64,000 nt of DNA, taken from Podarcis tiliguerta. Taxonomy: Eukaryota. The stretch is from assembly GCA_965153285.1 (NCBI GenBank), contig OZ229122.1, one strand, 5' to 3'. The translations under genes were made by a program, and so were the position numbers. The notes below the pieces were generated by a model. That model worked only from the letters and a program-made list of their open reading frames with translations, had not been told where the DNA came from and made no database searches. Of this stretch, positions 26,439-43,665 are shown in pieces. Each line of letters starts with the position of its first letter. The first letter of the stretch is position 1.

Positions 26439-26664
26439 CAGTGGTACCTCGGGTTACATACGCTTCAGGTTACAGACTCCGCTAACCCAGAAATATTACC
26501 TCGGGTTAAGAACTTTGCTTCAGGATGAGAACAGAAATCGTGCTCTGGCGGCGCAGTGGCAGCGGGAGGCCCCATTAGCTAAAGTGGTGCTTCAGGTTAA
26601 GAACAGTTTCAGGTTAAGAACGGACCTCCAGAACGAATTAAGTACTTAACCCGAGGTACCACTG
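26439..26664. mobile_element. Tc1/mariner (pogo/Tigger-type) MITE, 226 bp
   Basis: Perfect 18-bp TIR CAGTGGTACCTCGGGTTA / TAACCCGAGGTACCACTG; TA on the left flank, TT on the right. Confidence 0.88.
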
Positions 26665-28585
26665 TTTTCTGAAGTGGCAAAGTCCCAATCACGACAATTT
26701 CCTCCCTGAAGGTTTAGATTACCACTAAGCTACTTTAAACACATTCCAAGTGAAAGGACACATTTCACTGAACCCAATAATGTCCCCAGATTTATTCTGT
26801 ATTAAGAAGGTGCCTGTTGCTATGATGGGAGATTCAACACATCCCTCTGTTACATTTCTGTCACTGAGACCTGAGTCATCCAGTGTCATGAATGGAAGAA
26901 AGGTTGCCTTCACTGAAGCCATGTCCTCAAGTTCAATACTGTACTTTCCTCACTAAGAATGAATAGCAATCATCCACATGAAGGAGGAAAGAAAGGGTTG
27001 CAATAGGGACTGCCTTCAGGATAGGAGCTAAAATATCCCTTGCTCCCCGTAACTCTAACCTACTTCTATTTCCACAGTCCCTTTCTGAGTTTGTTTCTTG
27101 GGGTGAAAACAGATGTAAATTTCCTTTTGAAGCTGCAACCCTTGGAATGATCTCCACAAGACTGAGCTATCCTGTATAGATAGGATTGCGCTGTCAGTGG
27201 TACAGGTGGCTTCAGATGTCATTTCCATGTGGCCTAAATACTTCACATCAAATGGTTTTTGAAAGACTAAGATTGCACATTTTCATTTGTCACACAAGTT
27301 TTAATTCCCCCAAATGCAAAAACATTAAGAATTTCAAACCTCTATTCATCACTATTTAATATGTGCTAAGATTCTGTCCCTGATGCATTATGCTGCATCA
27401 TTTATTGTAAGCCACCCAATCTCTCTTCTTGAGAAAAATAATTGAAATTTAGAAATAAAAAAAGGATTGTGGGGGGAGGTCAGAATATATTGTTATGGAC
27501 CATCCTATTCTGCTGTACCAATGAAGATATATCCTAAGTTATCCTATATAGCCTTCAAGTTTATGGTTTAACAACAGGTGTTGCTTTTTGTCAGTGGCCT
27601 ATCATGTTAATTTGTTTGTTTTTAATCTAAAAGGACCTAAAGCCAGGAGACAATGGTTGGTGGCGCTGAGAAACAAGATACTGGATTTTATAGGCCTTTG
27701 GTCAGGTTTGATCCAGCAGGGTGCTGCTTAAAGCTGGATCAGAAGATGCTTTGTCTTAGGGGCTGCTGTTGATTCTGAAGCTGCTGTTTTTACAGCTAGC
27801 ATTGACTGCTTGTGTGCCTACTTGCTTCCCACCTGTTCAACCTGTATATTTTAATCAGTAAATAGATAAAGTGCTGTCTTTAGTGCTGTCTTCCCCAGAG
27901 GAAATTGATCCTGCAAAGCTCCCCTGGGTGTGGGAATCAAATTTTCTTCTGCTCACATTAATGTTGAGTCAAAAATAGCTCCTTCCTATTATTTGGGATG
28001 TACAGTACTGAGTATTGTAATCCACTTCAGCACACAAATTCAGAACAAAAAGAACTACAGTATGTTCCTGGGTATTGTCTGCCATGAGACTACAACTCCC
28101 AGGAGGCACAGCAACCTCCTGTTTGTAGTGTTGTTAGACTGAAAGTTAATGTCGAGTCAGATAGGTGGTGAAAGGAAAGTCTTCGGACAGTGTAGGATGT
28201 CCGGAAACGAAACTTCTGGGTTTCTTTACCATGCCCCTCTTCGTGCCTATTCATTGGAAACAATGGAGAAACCCAGGATTTTTGTGCTGCTGTGATTGAA
28301 TACCAGTGTGTCCACTAAAAAGACAGCAGCCACGGCGACAAAAATTAGGGCTTTTCTGATATTTCGCGTGAAGAACTGCCCTTTAAACTTTTCAGGCATT
28401 AAAAGAAACCTGCCCTCTGTCAATGAAATACTGTACATGCTTCACATACTGCAGAATGGGGGTGGCTTACCTTGCAAGCCAAATCCTGCACTCAGTTGTA
28501 ACACAAGCTTTGTGTTTCATTGGCTTGCATGCAACTAAGCTGCGCTTGTTAAAAGCTGCAATTCTGTAACCACTTTTCCCCCCAA

Positions 28586-29470
28586 TTTTTTTTTATTGAT
28601 TTTAACAGATATAACATATAAAACACACAAAAGAAAGAACATTACAATACTAAAATAAAACAATAAAACACATATTCCTTCTGAAGTTCATTTTAAATTC
28701 CATTATTAACTTGACTTCCTCAAATCTCCCCAACTGAATTTCATTCTCTCACCTTGTAACATTTCTCCAAAATCATCTTTCTACTACAATGTACTCCTTC
28801 AGTTTACTATCTTCATCTCTTTTCTTATTGACTTAAATCCATATTACTATGCAAAATTCTTATTCTAATCCTAGGCCTATTTGATACTTTCAAGTACCTT
28901 CTAATTATCTTATATTACAATATTTAGCTAGATAATTTTTAAATTTCTTCCAGTCTTCTTGATGTTCCTCTTCTTTCTGATTGCGGATTCTTCCAGTCAG
29001 GTTGGCAAGCTCCAAAACTCCCAACATTTTCATCTGCCATTCTTCTACCGTTGGTATTTCTTGAGATTTCCAAGTTTTGGCTAATAGCAGTCTTGCCGCT
29101 GTAGTGGCATACAAAAATAGTCTAACATCTTTTTGGGGGCAATTCCAATCCTATTATTCCAAGTAAAAAGGCTTCTGGTTTCTTAACAAATGTATTTTTC
29201 AACATTTTTTTCAACTCATTATAAATCTTTTCTCAGAAGTCCTTAACCTTAGGACACGTCCACCACATATGATAAAAAGTACCTTCTTTTTCTTTACACT
29301 TCCAGCATAAATTTTCATTCGTATGATAAATCTTTGTTAATTTTACGGGGGTTAAGTACCACCTATACATCATTTTCATAATGTTTTCTTTTAATACTGT
29401 GCATGCAGTAAACTTAACCCCCTTCTTCCACATCCTTTCCCAGTCTTCCATCATTCTTCCCAGTCTTCCT
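28586..29470 (-). mobile_element. 5'-truncated L1-clade LINE (ORF2 C-terminus, 3'UTR, poly(A))
   Basis: CWKCKEKEGTFYHMWWTCP CCHC knuckle; YATTAARLLLAKTWKSQEIPTVEEW; stop and frameshift; AATAAA plus A-tail at about 28586-28596. Confidence 0.9.
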
Positions 29471-29569
29471 CATTGAACTCAGTGGGTCTAACTTCTGAGT
29501 AGAAGACGCATATAGGATTCTGCTTGGAACCTCTTTCAAAAACCACATGATTAGAAAAGAAAAGAGGAA

Positions 29570-30120
29570 GATTTTGTTTTCGCGGCTGTGTGTTTGTGTC
29601 TGTGCAGGCTGCTTTGCTGTCCATCGCGGCGGTGCTGCGCTCTCAGCGGCTACTTGCGTGAAAAGACTCGCAAGTAAGCGACGTACGCGAGTCTATATCC
29701 TATGTCTACGGGTAGAGGAAGGAAAAAGACAACATCCGGTCCCAAAATGCCGCGGGCGAGAGGAGGTCTTGGAGGGAATTAGAAAGAGGGGCGTAGGAGG
29801 AGAAGCAGGAGCATGCGCAGTGCGTCTCGGCGGGCCGAAGGGGTTGCAGCGCTCTTTTGTTTGGCGGAGGTGGAGCGAACGCGGGAGGCCCGTTGTCCAA
29901 CCGTCGCTCTGTTCTGCTTTGAAACGAGACCGGCTCGCTCCGTGCGCCGCTCGCGCCGTCCTTCTCGCTCCCGCCCGTTTGTTTTTATTTCCCCTCGTGC
30001 GTTGTTGGCGGGGCTGAAGAAGGTAAAACGGGCAGCGCGGGGTGGGGGCGCGCGCAGGGGGCCAACATCGCGCGCGCGGGCTGGACGGCCATATTGGGGG
30101 GTGCTGAGGGAGGGGGGGAT
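29570..30120 (+). promoter_or_regulatory. CBX1: CBX1 CpG-island promoter and non-coding exon 1 (ends 30022, AAG|gtaaaa)
   Basis: Dense CpG; GCATGCGCA (nuclear respiratory factor 1-type site) at 29811; E2F-like TTTCGCGG and TTGGCGG; donor at 30023. Confidence 0.75.
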
Positions 30121-31664
30121 ATTCCTGGGTGAGCGGGGGCTCCTCTTGGGAAGAGAGGTACAGTATTTTAAAATGGGGGGCGGGCTTTTCTGGGCAGAAA
30201 GGAAATAGGCACAGTGCTTTCTGAGGAGGGAGGCGAAATACGTGAGTTCGGAGTGGAGACGGCTATGGCTCTTCCCAAGTGCGCCTGTGGGTGTGGGGTC
30301 CGAAAAGTGGGGTGTCTATGGGGGGGGGAGGGAAGCGCATAATGTGTGGGGGAGCTATTTCAAAAGGGGGAGACGTGGAGTGGGGAGAGCAGATGGAGGG
30401 GTGCAAGGGGAGGGGGACCCACAAAATGAACCCCCGTGTACCTAAGGTGCGGCATTTGGTGGGGAGCGTGGTTTCATGTGGGAACGGGGAAATCGAGAAG
30501 GCGTTGGTAGTAAATAACGGTGGGGGGGGGAGGGGCGTTAATGAACGCGTACAGGAATGTGGAGGAAGGTTTCCTAAAAGAAGCTGTAGCGGTATCATAA
30601 ATGGGGATGTCCAAATGCAAGGGCCGGTGGAGGGAGCCTGTGTGTGCGCGCCCGCGCATTTTTAATAGGTGTTCGAGGAAGCTGCTCCAAAGATGACGAC
30701 GGGGGTGACGTGTGGAAGAATGGATGTAAAAAATACTAAGGGGGGATGGTTGCAGGAAGAAGTGTGAGTGCAGTGGGTGGTGAGTGCTGTGGGTATAGGT
30801 CCGTCCGTCCTTCCCCGCCCCCGAAAGTGGGAGGAAATATGCAGAATAGGGGTAATAGGGGTGGGTTTACGTGGAGCTGAGATGGCTAGTTAAGAGGACT
30901 TTCCTCTGTTAGACAGTTAATAAGGGGAGATGAAATGGTAGGATATTGGGGGGGGGGCAGAATAATTATTCGAGAAACTATGAAAGTAAAGCTGTAGGGA
31001 CTTTTTCCAAGGAAGGGGATCATCTGCCCAAGGTGGTAGTGCTTGTGAAGTTGGTCAGTTCTTTAGTGTAACAAGAACATTGACTGGGGTGCTGGGATTG
31101 AGGCTGCTCCTGTGAAGGAGACAGAAGTGTTTCAGAGTCTGTATTGGAGTGTAGCTGGGCTAAAATGAGGGGAAAACATAAATGGATTGTATACAGATTG
31201 TGTAACGACTAATGTGGGTAGGAAGGGTGAAATTAAAATTTTAAGGTAGGTAGGTGAGGGTTTTTATAAATTTGCACCTCCAAACCAGCATAATCATAGT
31301 GCAGTATTGGAGGAAGGGAAATGGGACCATACAGCTAGGCAGTCTTGTATGTAGTGGTGATTGGATAGAAGAAGATAAGAGTAGTGAGTGGTGAGGGTGT
31401 TAATTGACTTGGAAAGCAGCCAAAATGATCACTGTTGGTTTGAAGAGCGCACAGGTTTAATATTTAAAAGATAAAAAGAACTGGGGTGTACTGCAGGGAA
31501 ATAACTAGGAAACTTAAGATATGTGAATTTTAGTCGATGTGGATCTGTTTGTTAGAGTGAAAGGACCGCATAATGGGGTGCTATTTCGAATGTATCTAGG
31601 CAGTGATATTGTATGATGGCTCACATTGGCAAATAGTGTTTCATTTGATGAGAGAGATGTATCT

Positions 31665-31855
31665 TATTTATTACATTTATGCCCCATGTTTCTTCCAAGG
31701 AGCTCAGGTTTTGCCCCATTTTCCCCCTCCCTGTGGTAGGTTAGACTGAGAGGTAGTAACTAGCTTAAGATCACATTGTGAGACTTATGACTGTGTAGAA
31801 ATGAACTTAGATTTCCCTAGTCCCATGTCCAGCATTTTATTCCCTATGCCACCCT
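31665..31855 (-). mobile_element. Degenerate Squam3/MIR-like SINE
   Basis: Reverse-complement similarity to 2001-2230 (ttccaaggagctcagg; gtaggttagactgagag). Confidence 0.55.
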
Positions 31856-32092
31856 GACGTATGTTCAAGTCATAAGCATGTAGACCCAAAAATAAGGGCC
31901 CTGTGAGATCAGCCTAAAGCCTATCTAGCCCAGTTCCCTTTTCCCACAGTTAAGTAGCTTAACTCAATATATGTGGGAAGCCAAGAAACACAACATAAGT
32001 GCAATAGCCCTCTCCTGTTGCTGTTTGCCAGCAACTGGTATTAAGAGAGAAGCAGTATATAAAGCCTTGCTCAGTTCTTACTTATTTTGCAA

Positions 32093-32220
32093 NNNNNNNN
32101 NNNNNNNNNNNNNNNNNNNNNNNNNNNNNNNNNNNNNNNNNNNNNNNNNNNNNNNNNNNNNNNNNNNNNNNNNNNNNNNNNNNNNNNNNNNNNNNNNNNN
32201 NNNNNNNNNNNNNNNNNNNN
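32093..32220. other. Assembly gap (128 N)
   Basis: Run of N. Confidence 1.
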
Positions 32221-32320
32221 GCTTACAGTGAACTATAAAATATAAAACTAAAAAACAAATATCACAACCTTATAAAACACTGTAACACAACCACAAAGCG
32301 GAGAATTAAAGGCTGTAGAT

Positions 32321-32615
32321 GAGGGTGGTCCAACTTTTCATACCAAGTGGGCCGCAAGAGTTACTTCAACATAGAACCCTGGGCTGGGTAGGGAAGCAAG
32401 GCCCAAAATTGATGCCCCTGCCCCAGCCATCATGCTGCCTTCCCAAAGTCAGATAAGCGAGGCTCTGGCAGGGTCCAAGAGCACTCATGCCTCCTTCCCA
32501 AAGCCCAGCACCTAGGTTTTGGGAAGGCAGCTCATGGGCTGCTGGGGGGGGGGGGGTTAAATGTTGCTGAGAGCCACCCAAAAAGGCCTCAAGGGCCATG
32601 TGTTGGACCGCCCTG
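32321..32615. mobile_element. Non-autonomous hAT (Charlie-type) element
   Basis: TIR AGGGTGGTCCAAC / GTTGGACCGCCCT; TSD ctgtagat/ctctagac resembles the NTCTAGAN target. Confidence 0.7.
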
Positions 32616-35600
32616 CTCTAGACATTTCCCTTGATTGAAAATATAATTTTTGCTAGCCAGATATATCAGAATTTCCCTACTTTCCTTGCTTAAGGTAAAC
32701 ATGATCTCTTAAAACTAAGTGTCTGATCCTCTTATGCAAGGCTCCTTTGTGACAAACAAACTAAATGAAGTTATTTTTCATTCATCATACATCACAATAG
32801 TTCATTTATTTTACAGCTTGATGCCACAGGTGTCATGCATTGGTCCATTGGGGTGTTTTACTATTAAATATCTAGTAACTACTTTATCCCAGTCAGACTA
32901 ATTGTACTACCCCATCAAACAACATGGGAACAGCACATAGGAGGATGCATTGGGCTGTTTATAGCTACAATGCTAGAAAGGTGTTTTTAATGGAAAATAA
33001 TGAAAAAGCCATTTTGAAGGTAGAAAAGTGATTAGTGTAGAAGCAGTGGGGCTATGCGTAGATGAGTTTCAAAAGTATATAAACTTCAGGCCTCCTAGGT
33101 TGCATTTTTCATTTGCTACTTGATTCATACTTCTCAAGTGTGTTTGCAAGGCTGACTAGAGGACAGAGAGGAGTATATGTAGGAACTAGTGTACTGTATA
33201 GGTAAAGGCAAACTTTGCATCAATAGTTCTGCCAACATTTCCATCTGGCTTCACGCACCATTGGCATAAGGTCCCTGGAAAATTACCTGGAACGGAAGGC
33301 AGCCCTCCAGCTGAAAGATTAACAAGGCACACTGACAATAACACCTATTCATGCAGAGGTAGCTTTGGTTTGGGATGTTAGGGGAGGGGTAGTACCTATG
33401 GTGAATGACATGTCGTGCTCCTGGGGTACTTTGTCCAGCTTTGGGTCCCTACCTGCACTCAGCTCTCCACTGCAGCTCCTAGAAGCTCTCAGTATGAGAC
33501 AGCGGCCGCAGTGACCCTCACCTGGTTTAACCAACCAGTCAAAGCCATTTCCTGGGGTGTGGCCGCTGTCTCATGCTTTGGAAGTTTGTCAACCTGGGAA
33601 GTTAGCCCATCTAGGAAGACTCTGATCCTACACCTCCAGTGTCTTGTGGGACATCTTCGGGAGAAGAAAAGGCTAAGGAGTAATCCCTACACAAATTCAG
33701 AGTGGAGTCCCTAAGACAGTTGAATGGCATCTTGTATGTCTCCTTTCGGCAACTTCTGCAGCCAACCTGGTGCCAAATGTATTGCTCTGCTTTCATTTGG
33801 GACCACATCAGCGAGGCCATGGGGTGGGGTCTTGTCATCTGGGCAGCCCAGGATCTCCGTACACACTGTCTAGGCTTGTGCCGCCAATGCAGCAGTTTGA
33901 CTTTGCTGGAGACACACCTTTGCCTCTCAAGACAATCCACTTTGAGTTTGGCTCAAGGGGCCTATAAAAGGAGCTACACCACTTCTGATCAAAGGGAATT
34001 CTGAGGACTGAACTGAACGAAAATTTAAGGTCAATTGAAACCCTTTTCTCATAATAAAGGAACCAAAGTTAAAGGTTCTGGAATCTGAATTGTGTTGTGT
34101 TTCTTGGCTTCCCACTGTCTGGCAACCCAATCCAATACAATATTAAATGTCTGGGAAAATCCGGACATATGGCAACCTGTGTTGGCTGATGAGTTTTTTG
34201 CGATTTACCTTAAAAATAGTTCCCAAATATTCCCCTCCCCCCAAAAAAACCCCTCAAACTTTGTGCATGTATGTAGGCATCAGTGTGGATAACAAAGCAG
34301 GTCAAAGTAATTGAAATGGAGCCTGATGAAATCCATATAGCCCACTTTCAATTTCTTAAGTCATGGGGTATACAAGATGGAGTCTGTTTTATAGACCACA
34401 GGCACCTTTGAAACATTGTGTGAAGCCCATAGAGATCTCACTGAAACGCTTGATAATTGTATTGAAGCCCATGAGGAATATGAAGTCCCAGTGCTTCCAG
34501 GTCATGCTGGTTAAGAATAGAATTCCTTGTACTTGAAGATGCCTAGCTACTCCCCTCCATACCTCAGAGTAAAAAAAATGATGTTTCTTCCCAACTACTT
34601 TACTATTCCTGAGATACACTTCCAAAAATTCTGAGCTTTGGCACTGTATAGGACTAACACCAAGCTGTGCAGATCGCATGTTATTTCCCTCCTGGTTGGA
34701 AGGAGGAAAATGTCTACACAATGTAAACTGGTTTTAAACTAGTTTTAATATGGTTTTCTTCCATAAAATAATTTTGGAAACAGTGACTTCATGAGTGTGC
34801 CAAGATCCCAGCATTTGTGAGGGAGACAGGACTAGTTTAAGCTTCGTGAAATTGTGTTCTCTAAAAATCTTCCTTCCTCCCCATTCAGCTGCTGTTTGTG
34901 GGTCTCTTTCCCTAGCCAGCCATCCTTCACTGCAAACGAGACCCATTTCCTCTAAAACCTAGCTGTGCTTGACGGCCCCTTTTGCCTATGTTTTATCAGA
35001 CCCCGACTGAGACAAGTGCATCCTCCTGCTGAGAGATGCCTTGCCTGCAGAAGCCCAGCATAGCTTTCTTTTTCCGGTAGACTGTAACTTTTCATTTCCA
35101 GAAAAAGCAAGCTGTTTAATCTTCTATGCTTGCTGGGTACCCTTGTGGTGCCTCCACCACTCATGGATGCCTTCTCTCCCCAGCACTGCCGTGCTTGCTG
35201 TATAGTCACAAACATAGCCCTGTTGTTTCTGAAAGTGGTGGAGGGAGGATATGGTGGGAATTTTTCCTGCTGCAAGCAGAAAGGCCTGGCCTGAAGAACT
35301 TCAAAGTTCTGCAGAGACACAGTGATTCTGTCTCCTGCATAGCCTGCTCCTTTTGGAAGAAAAATGTTAGTTTTATGGAGCTTCCTACAGTTGGTCCAAG
35401 TGTTCAGTATAGGTTAACACTGTCATAAGTTGCTTGGGCAACAAACATATCGTAGGTTTGGCAGATGGAACATGTTGAGCACAGTTGTGATTCATATGCC
35501 ATATTTTAAAGTACCTAGAGTTGGGGAAAGCATTAGTTTTTATGCAATTGCATGTTGAGGCAAGGGGAAAGTCTTAACATAAATTCTAGAAAAGGAGTCA

Positions 35601-35874
35601 TGTATGTCCTGTTGCAGAAAAAGGTAGAACCTGATTAGCTGTCATAGGAAAGTGTTCACCATGAGGTGCTGCATCTACTTTTTAATAATCAGTATATGTG
35701 GATAGATGTTGTACAGCAAGGTTTGGGTTTATGTGGGTCCCATTGATATTGATGGGCTTCAGCGTTTCACTGTGCTTTTGTGACTACATATTGTATCTCT
35801 TTTATTTGTGTCACTTTGCAGCTTCTGGAACATTTTTCCTACACTGTACATTTCCCTGTGTATTTTTAGATTAA

Positions 35875-40196
<4,322 letters not shown>

Positions 40197-41423
40197 CCTG
40201 CCTCCCCTTCTGTCCCCATCCTTCCTCTGGCCGACTTTTGTATTAAATCATCAAACTGTGGGTTTGAACATGAGTGAGAAAGTGAAGAGGCGGCTGTGGA
40301 AGATGCTCTCTGTAGAAACCGGACAATTTCTATGCCCCTGACAACTAGGTGTGACAACATGCTGTCCCCTTTCTTCCTTTCTCATCATATATACATGAGG
40401 AAAGAGGAGAGAATTGGTGAGTTTCCAGCTGTTCTTTGCTTGGGGGGGGGTGTGAAGCAAAAATAACTAAAAATAATAGAGTTGGAACAGGCTGCCAAAA
40501 GGGATAGCAGGCAGAGGCTGTGTGTTCTTCAGAGACCATCTCTGTGATCTACAGTCTTACTCCCCAATAGTGTTAATTGCATTTTTACAGATTAGCATGC
40601 GTGTAGTTTTTCTTTCTTCCTTTTTGCTATTATCGGTGTATCGTTGGGGTGGGAAGGGAGGGTGCATTCTGATTGATTTGGGGAGGGCCAGTTCATGGTA
40701 TCTGTATCCAGAATTGCAATTCTTACAAAATACATGCCTCCTGCTGCAAGTGGAATTGATGACTCCTGCGAGGCTGGAGCTTATGTGTCTAAGTGTAAAA
40801 AGTTACAATTTGATTGCAACTATGAATACAGTCGCCTTCCAGAATTATTACTGCGGGAATTGGAAAGGAGGCAGCTTCATATTTTGCCCTCTAGTCATAG
40901 TGAGGGCACTCTGCTCCCAAACCATGTGACAAATTTTTTAGTACCTCTGCATCTTTTTTCTTCTAACCAACCAGAAACAGAGGGTTTTTAGCCTCTCTCC
41001 CCCCCCCCTCGCTCTTGTATGTATGTGGCATTTTAGACATCCTTTTAATTAAGGGGAAGGAAAGTAGGGGTGAAATCTACCCCCTACAGCACAAGGTAGT
41101 AGTAGGTTTCAGAATATTCTGTAAACAACTATCTTCTGTTCAGACTTGGGCATTTATGATTGCTTCCCTTGCCCTAGTCCTACCCATTTCATTTTTAAGC
41201 TAACGATACTTTGTTCTTCCAAAGGACAATTTTACCTCTGACATTCAAACACCCCACAAGCCACTGACCCCCCATTCATCCTTTGTGTGGGGGGGTGGTA
41301 TGTACGTAGAAGTGTACAAACCTTTTTTTAAAAAAAACAAAGCATGGTTAGGTTTCTGTGAAAATGTTGTCTAAAACTCAAGTGTTTGGATTTTAACTTC
41401 ATACTGAACTGTCTTTTTGTCTC

Positions 41424-41429
41424 AATAAA
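41424..41429 (+). terminator. CBX1: Probable CBX1 polyadenylation signal
   Basis: AATAAA about 1.2 kb after the stop, followed by a T-rich tract. Confidence 0.65.
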
Positions 41430-41756
41430 ACTTTAGATTTATAGTCCTGCTCTTTTTCTTCTTCATCTGGTCCAGGCCTTCCTTGAAAATATTCTACAAT
41501 ACAAAGTACTGAATTGCAACTAGAAAATATTGCAGGAATAAGTGATATGCTGAACTGAGAAGTATTGCAGGGGAAATGCAGTATGTTATGGGGGAGCATG
41601 GCCAGTACATAAAGTCAAGAGAAGGCACATTTCCTTGATCATTGTAATGCTGAATTTGGTGAGCCTACCTTTTATCACAACACAGGGCTAGGGCTACCAA
41701 GAAAAGTGCAGAAAATTAAAGACACCAAACAAATCCTCAAATAGTGAATAAGCCAT

Positions 41757-41762
41757 TTTATT
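41757..41762 (-). terminator. NFE2L1: Probable NFE2L1 polyadenylation signal
   Basis: TTTATT on + (AATAAA on -) about 1.9 kb after the stop, followed on - by GT/T-rich sequence. Confidence 0.6.
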
Positions 41763-43665
41763 TTTGTCCTGTGCTCATACGCTCTCGCTCCTCTCCCCAA
41801 CAGGTCATAGAAACCATTCAAAATAAAACCTCTACAGAAAAAAATAAATTAACACATGCACACATCAGGGCTCTATCCTCCAGCAACCCAGCCACAGTTC
41901 CAACACATTTTGTGCTTCAAGTTTCATGCTGTCAAATCACAGAAGCCCGAGAGGTGGGAGAGACTCACCGATAGTTTACTTCCCCTCTCACCTTTTATAT
42001 TTTCCTTGTAAGAAATCATGGCCTTGAGAAAAACAAGATCATATAGAACATATGGCTGCAGAAGTTGCCTCTATTACATACAGTGCTTCATACCCCCACA
42101 GTTCTCTGGAGGATGCCCATTTCAGTGCTACGTCCTCACACGCCATCACATACACAGGACTGACTGGGGAAAACCAAAGCCATTTAGCTCATCAGATGCT
42201 GGTAAAGTCAATAATACTCCCAGCTGTGCTATACTGCAAATTAAACAGCTTCGAGGATTGCCTCGGAGCTTGAGGCCAGCTGTGTTCAAGGCACTACCCT
42301 CACCCTTTGCCTTATTTTTTTTTAAGGAGGGGGAAAGGGGGAAGTTGGAATGACACCACCCAAGGACAGAAAAGAAACCAGCTGTGGAATCACAGTTTAA
42401 CACACCGAGTCTTAATGGCAGAAATACCTTTCAGCAGCTTTGATCATCTGGGGGAAAACATCTCCCTTCTCTCCTTCCTGCATACCACAAATCCATTTTA
42501 CAGCCCTATGGGAACGGGGAAACACAGGCGCACACAAGTCCTACAGAAATAAATTAAAACCAAAGTGCCCATTAAGAAAGGGGCTTGCCATAGATGGCTA
42601 TTTGCTCTACACAACATGCCCACTTTATGGGGGTAAAACCCATTGTGCTGTAGACCAAGTGGTGATCACACACCAGACCCCTCCACCTTGCAGCATCCGC
42701 TAAATGAAAGTGCAGCCTTCACACCTGGCCCTCACACCCCCTTTTGTCCACAAAATGAATCTCTTCAAGCCAAATCAGTGAGAAATGTCAGCATTGTAGC
42801 ATGCAGTTACCATGCGCCATCTTGTAATGTACCTTGATGGTAGCCCAGTATAACACTGGCTCCTCACTGTGGGCAGTGACATGCTTAGTGAGTTTTGAAT
42901 GGAAGAGAGGGGCGGTGGAAAGATGCATCACCATAGTAATTCTATTAACCCTTTCCACTCTCACCATTCCAACCTTTATGGCAGATTAACTCAAAGTCCA
43001 CCCAAAAGGCTGTACTCGGTAACTCCTTGCGTGGAGATCTCTCCATTCCCCCGAGCTGAAAAGGGTTAAGAAAAAATCACCCTTCTCCCCTAAACAAACA
43101 CAACTTAATGTGTTCCACCTGCACTTACATATACATACAGATGTAGGAAGGGATGGCGGCTATGTCATGGGATTCAGTCATGTTGTCAAATCGCGCACAA
43201 CTGATGCCAAAACTGGTTCGAAAAAAACAAAACCAGCTATCTGAAATATCGAAGTTTGAAGGCGGGGGGGACTTTAAGCCTGCTCAGTCTGTCCACTTAA
43301 CCTTTTTTTTCCTTAAAAAAAATATCCAGCTTTAACAATTCAGATTTTCTATCCTCTGCCAAGACTCACCCCCCTCCCCACACACATTATGCCAGCTTGT
43401 CCCCCCTCCCTCAACGTTCAATAATGGGTTCCAGGCTGCTGGGGGCACAGGTCTTTCCCTACATGCTTTGCCATTCTGCCTCTCAAGACTTGTAGGCCCC
43501 CGCCCAGCAGTCTGTTCCTATACACTGACTGGCAGCTATCATGGTTTGAGAAGATATATTGGATAAGAAGGCGTGAAAGTTCCTTCAAATTCTTCGGGGC
43601 TCAGCCCTTTCTCCAGGATGCAGTTTCTGCAAGTTTTGCACTCTCCTGCCAACATTCATCACCTC

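Noticed and set aside
29547-30665. Overlapping 110-156 aa ORFs at the CBX1 promoter
   Set aside because: Stop-poor GC-rich CpG island; no homology.
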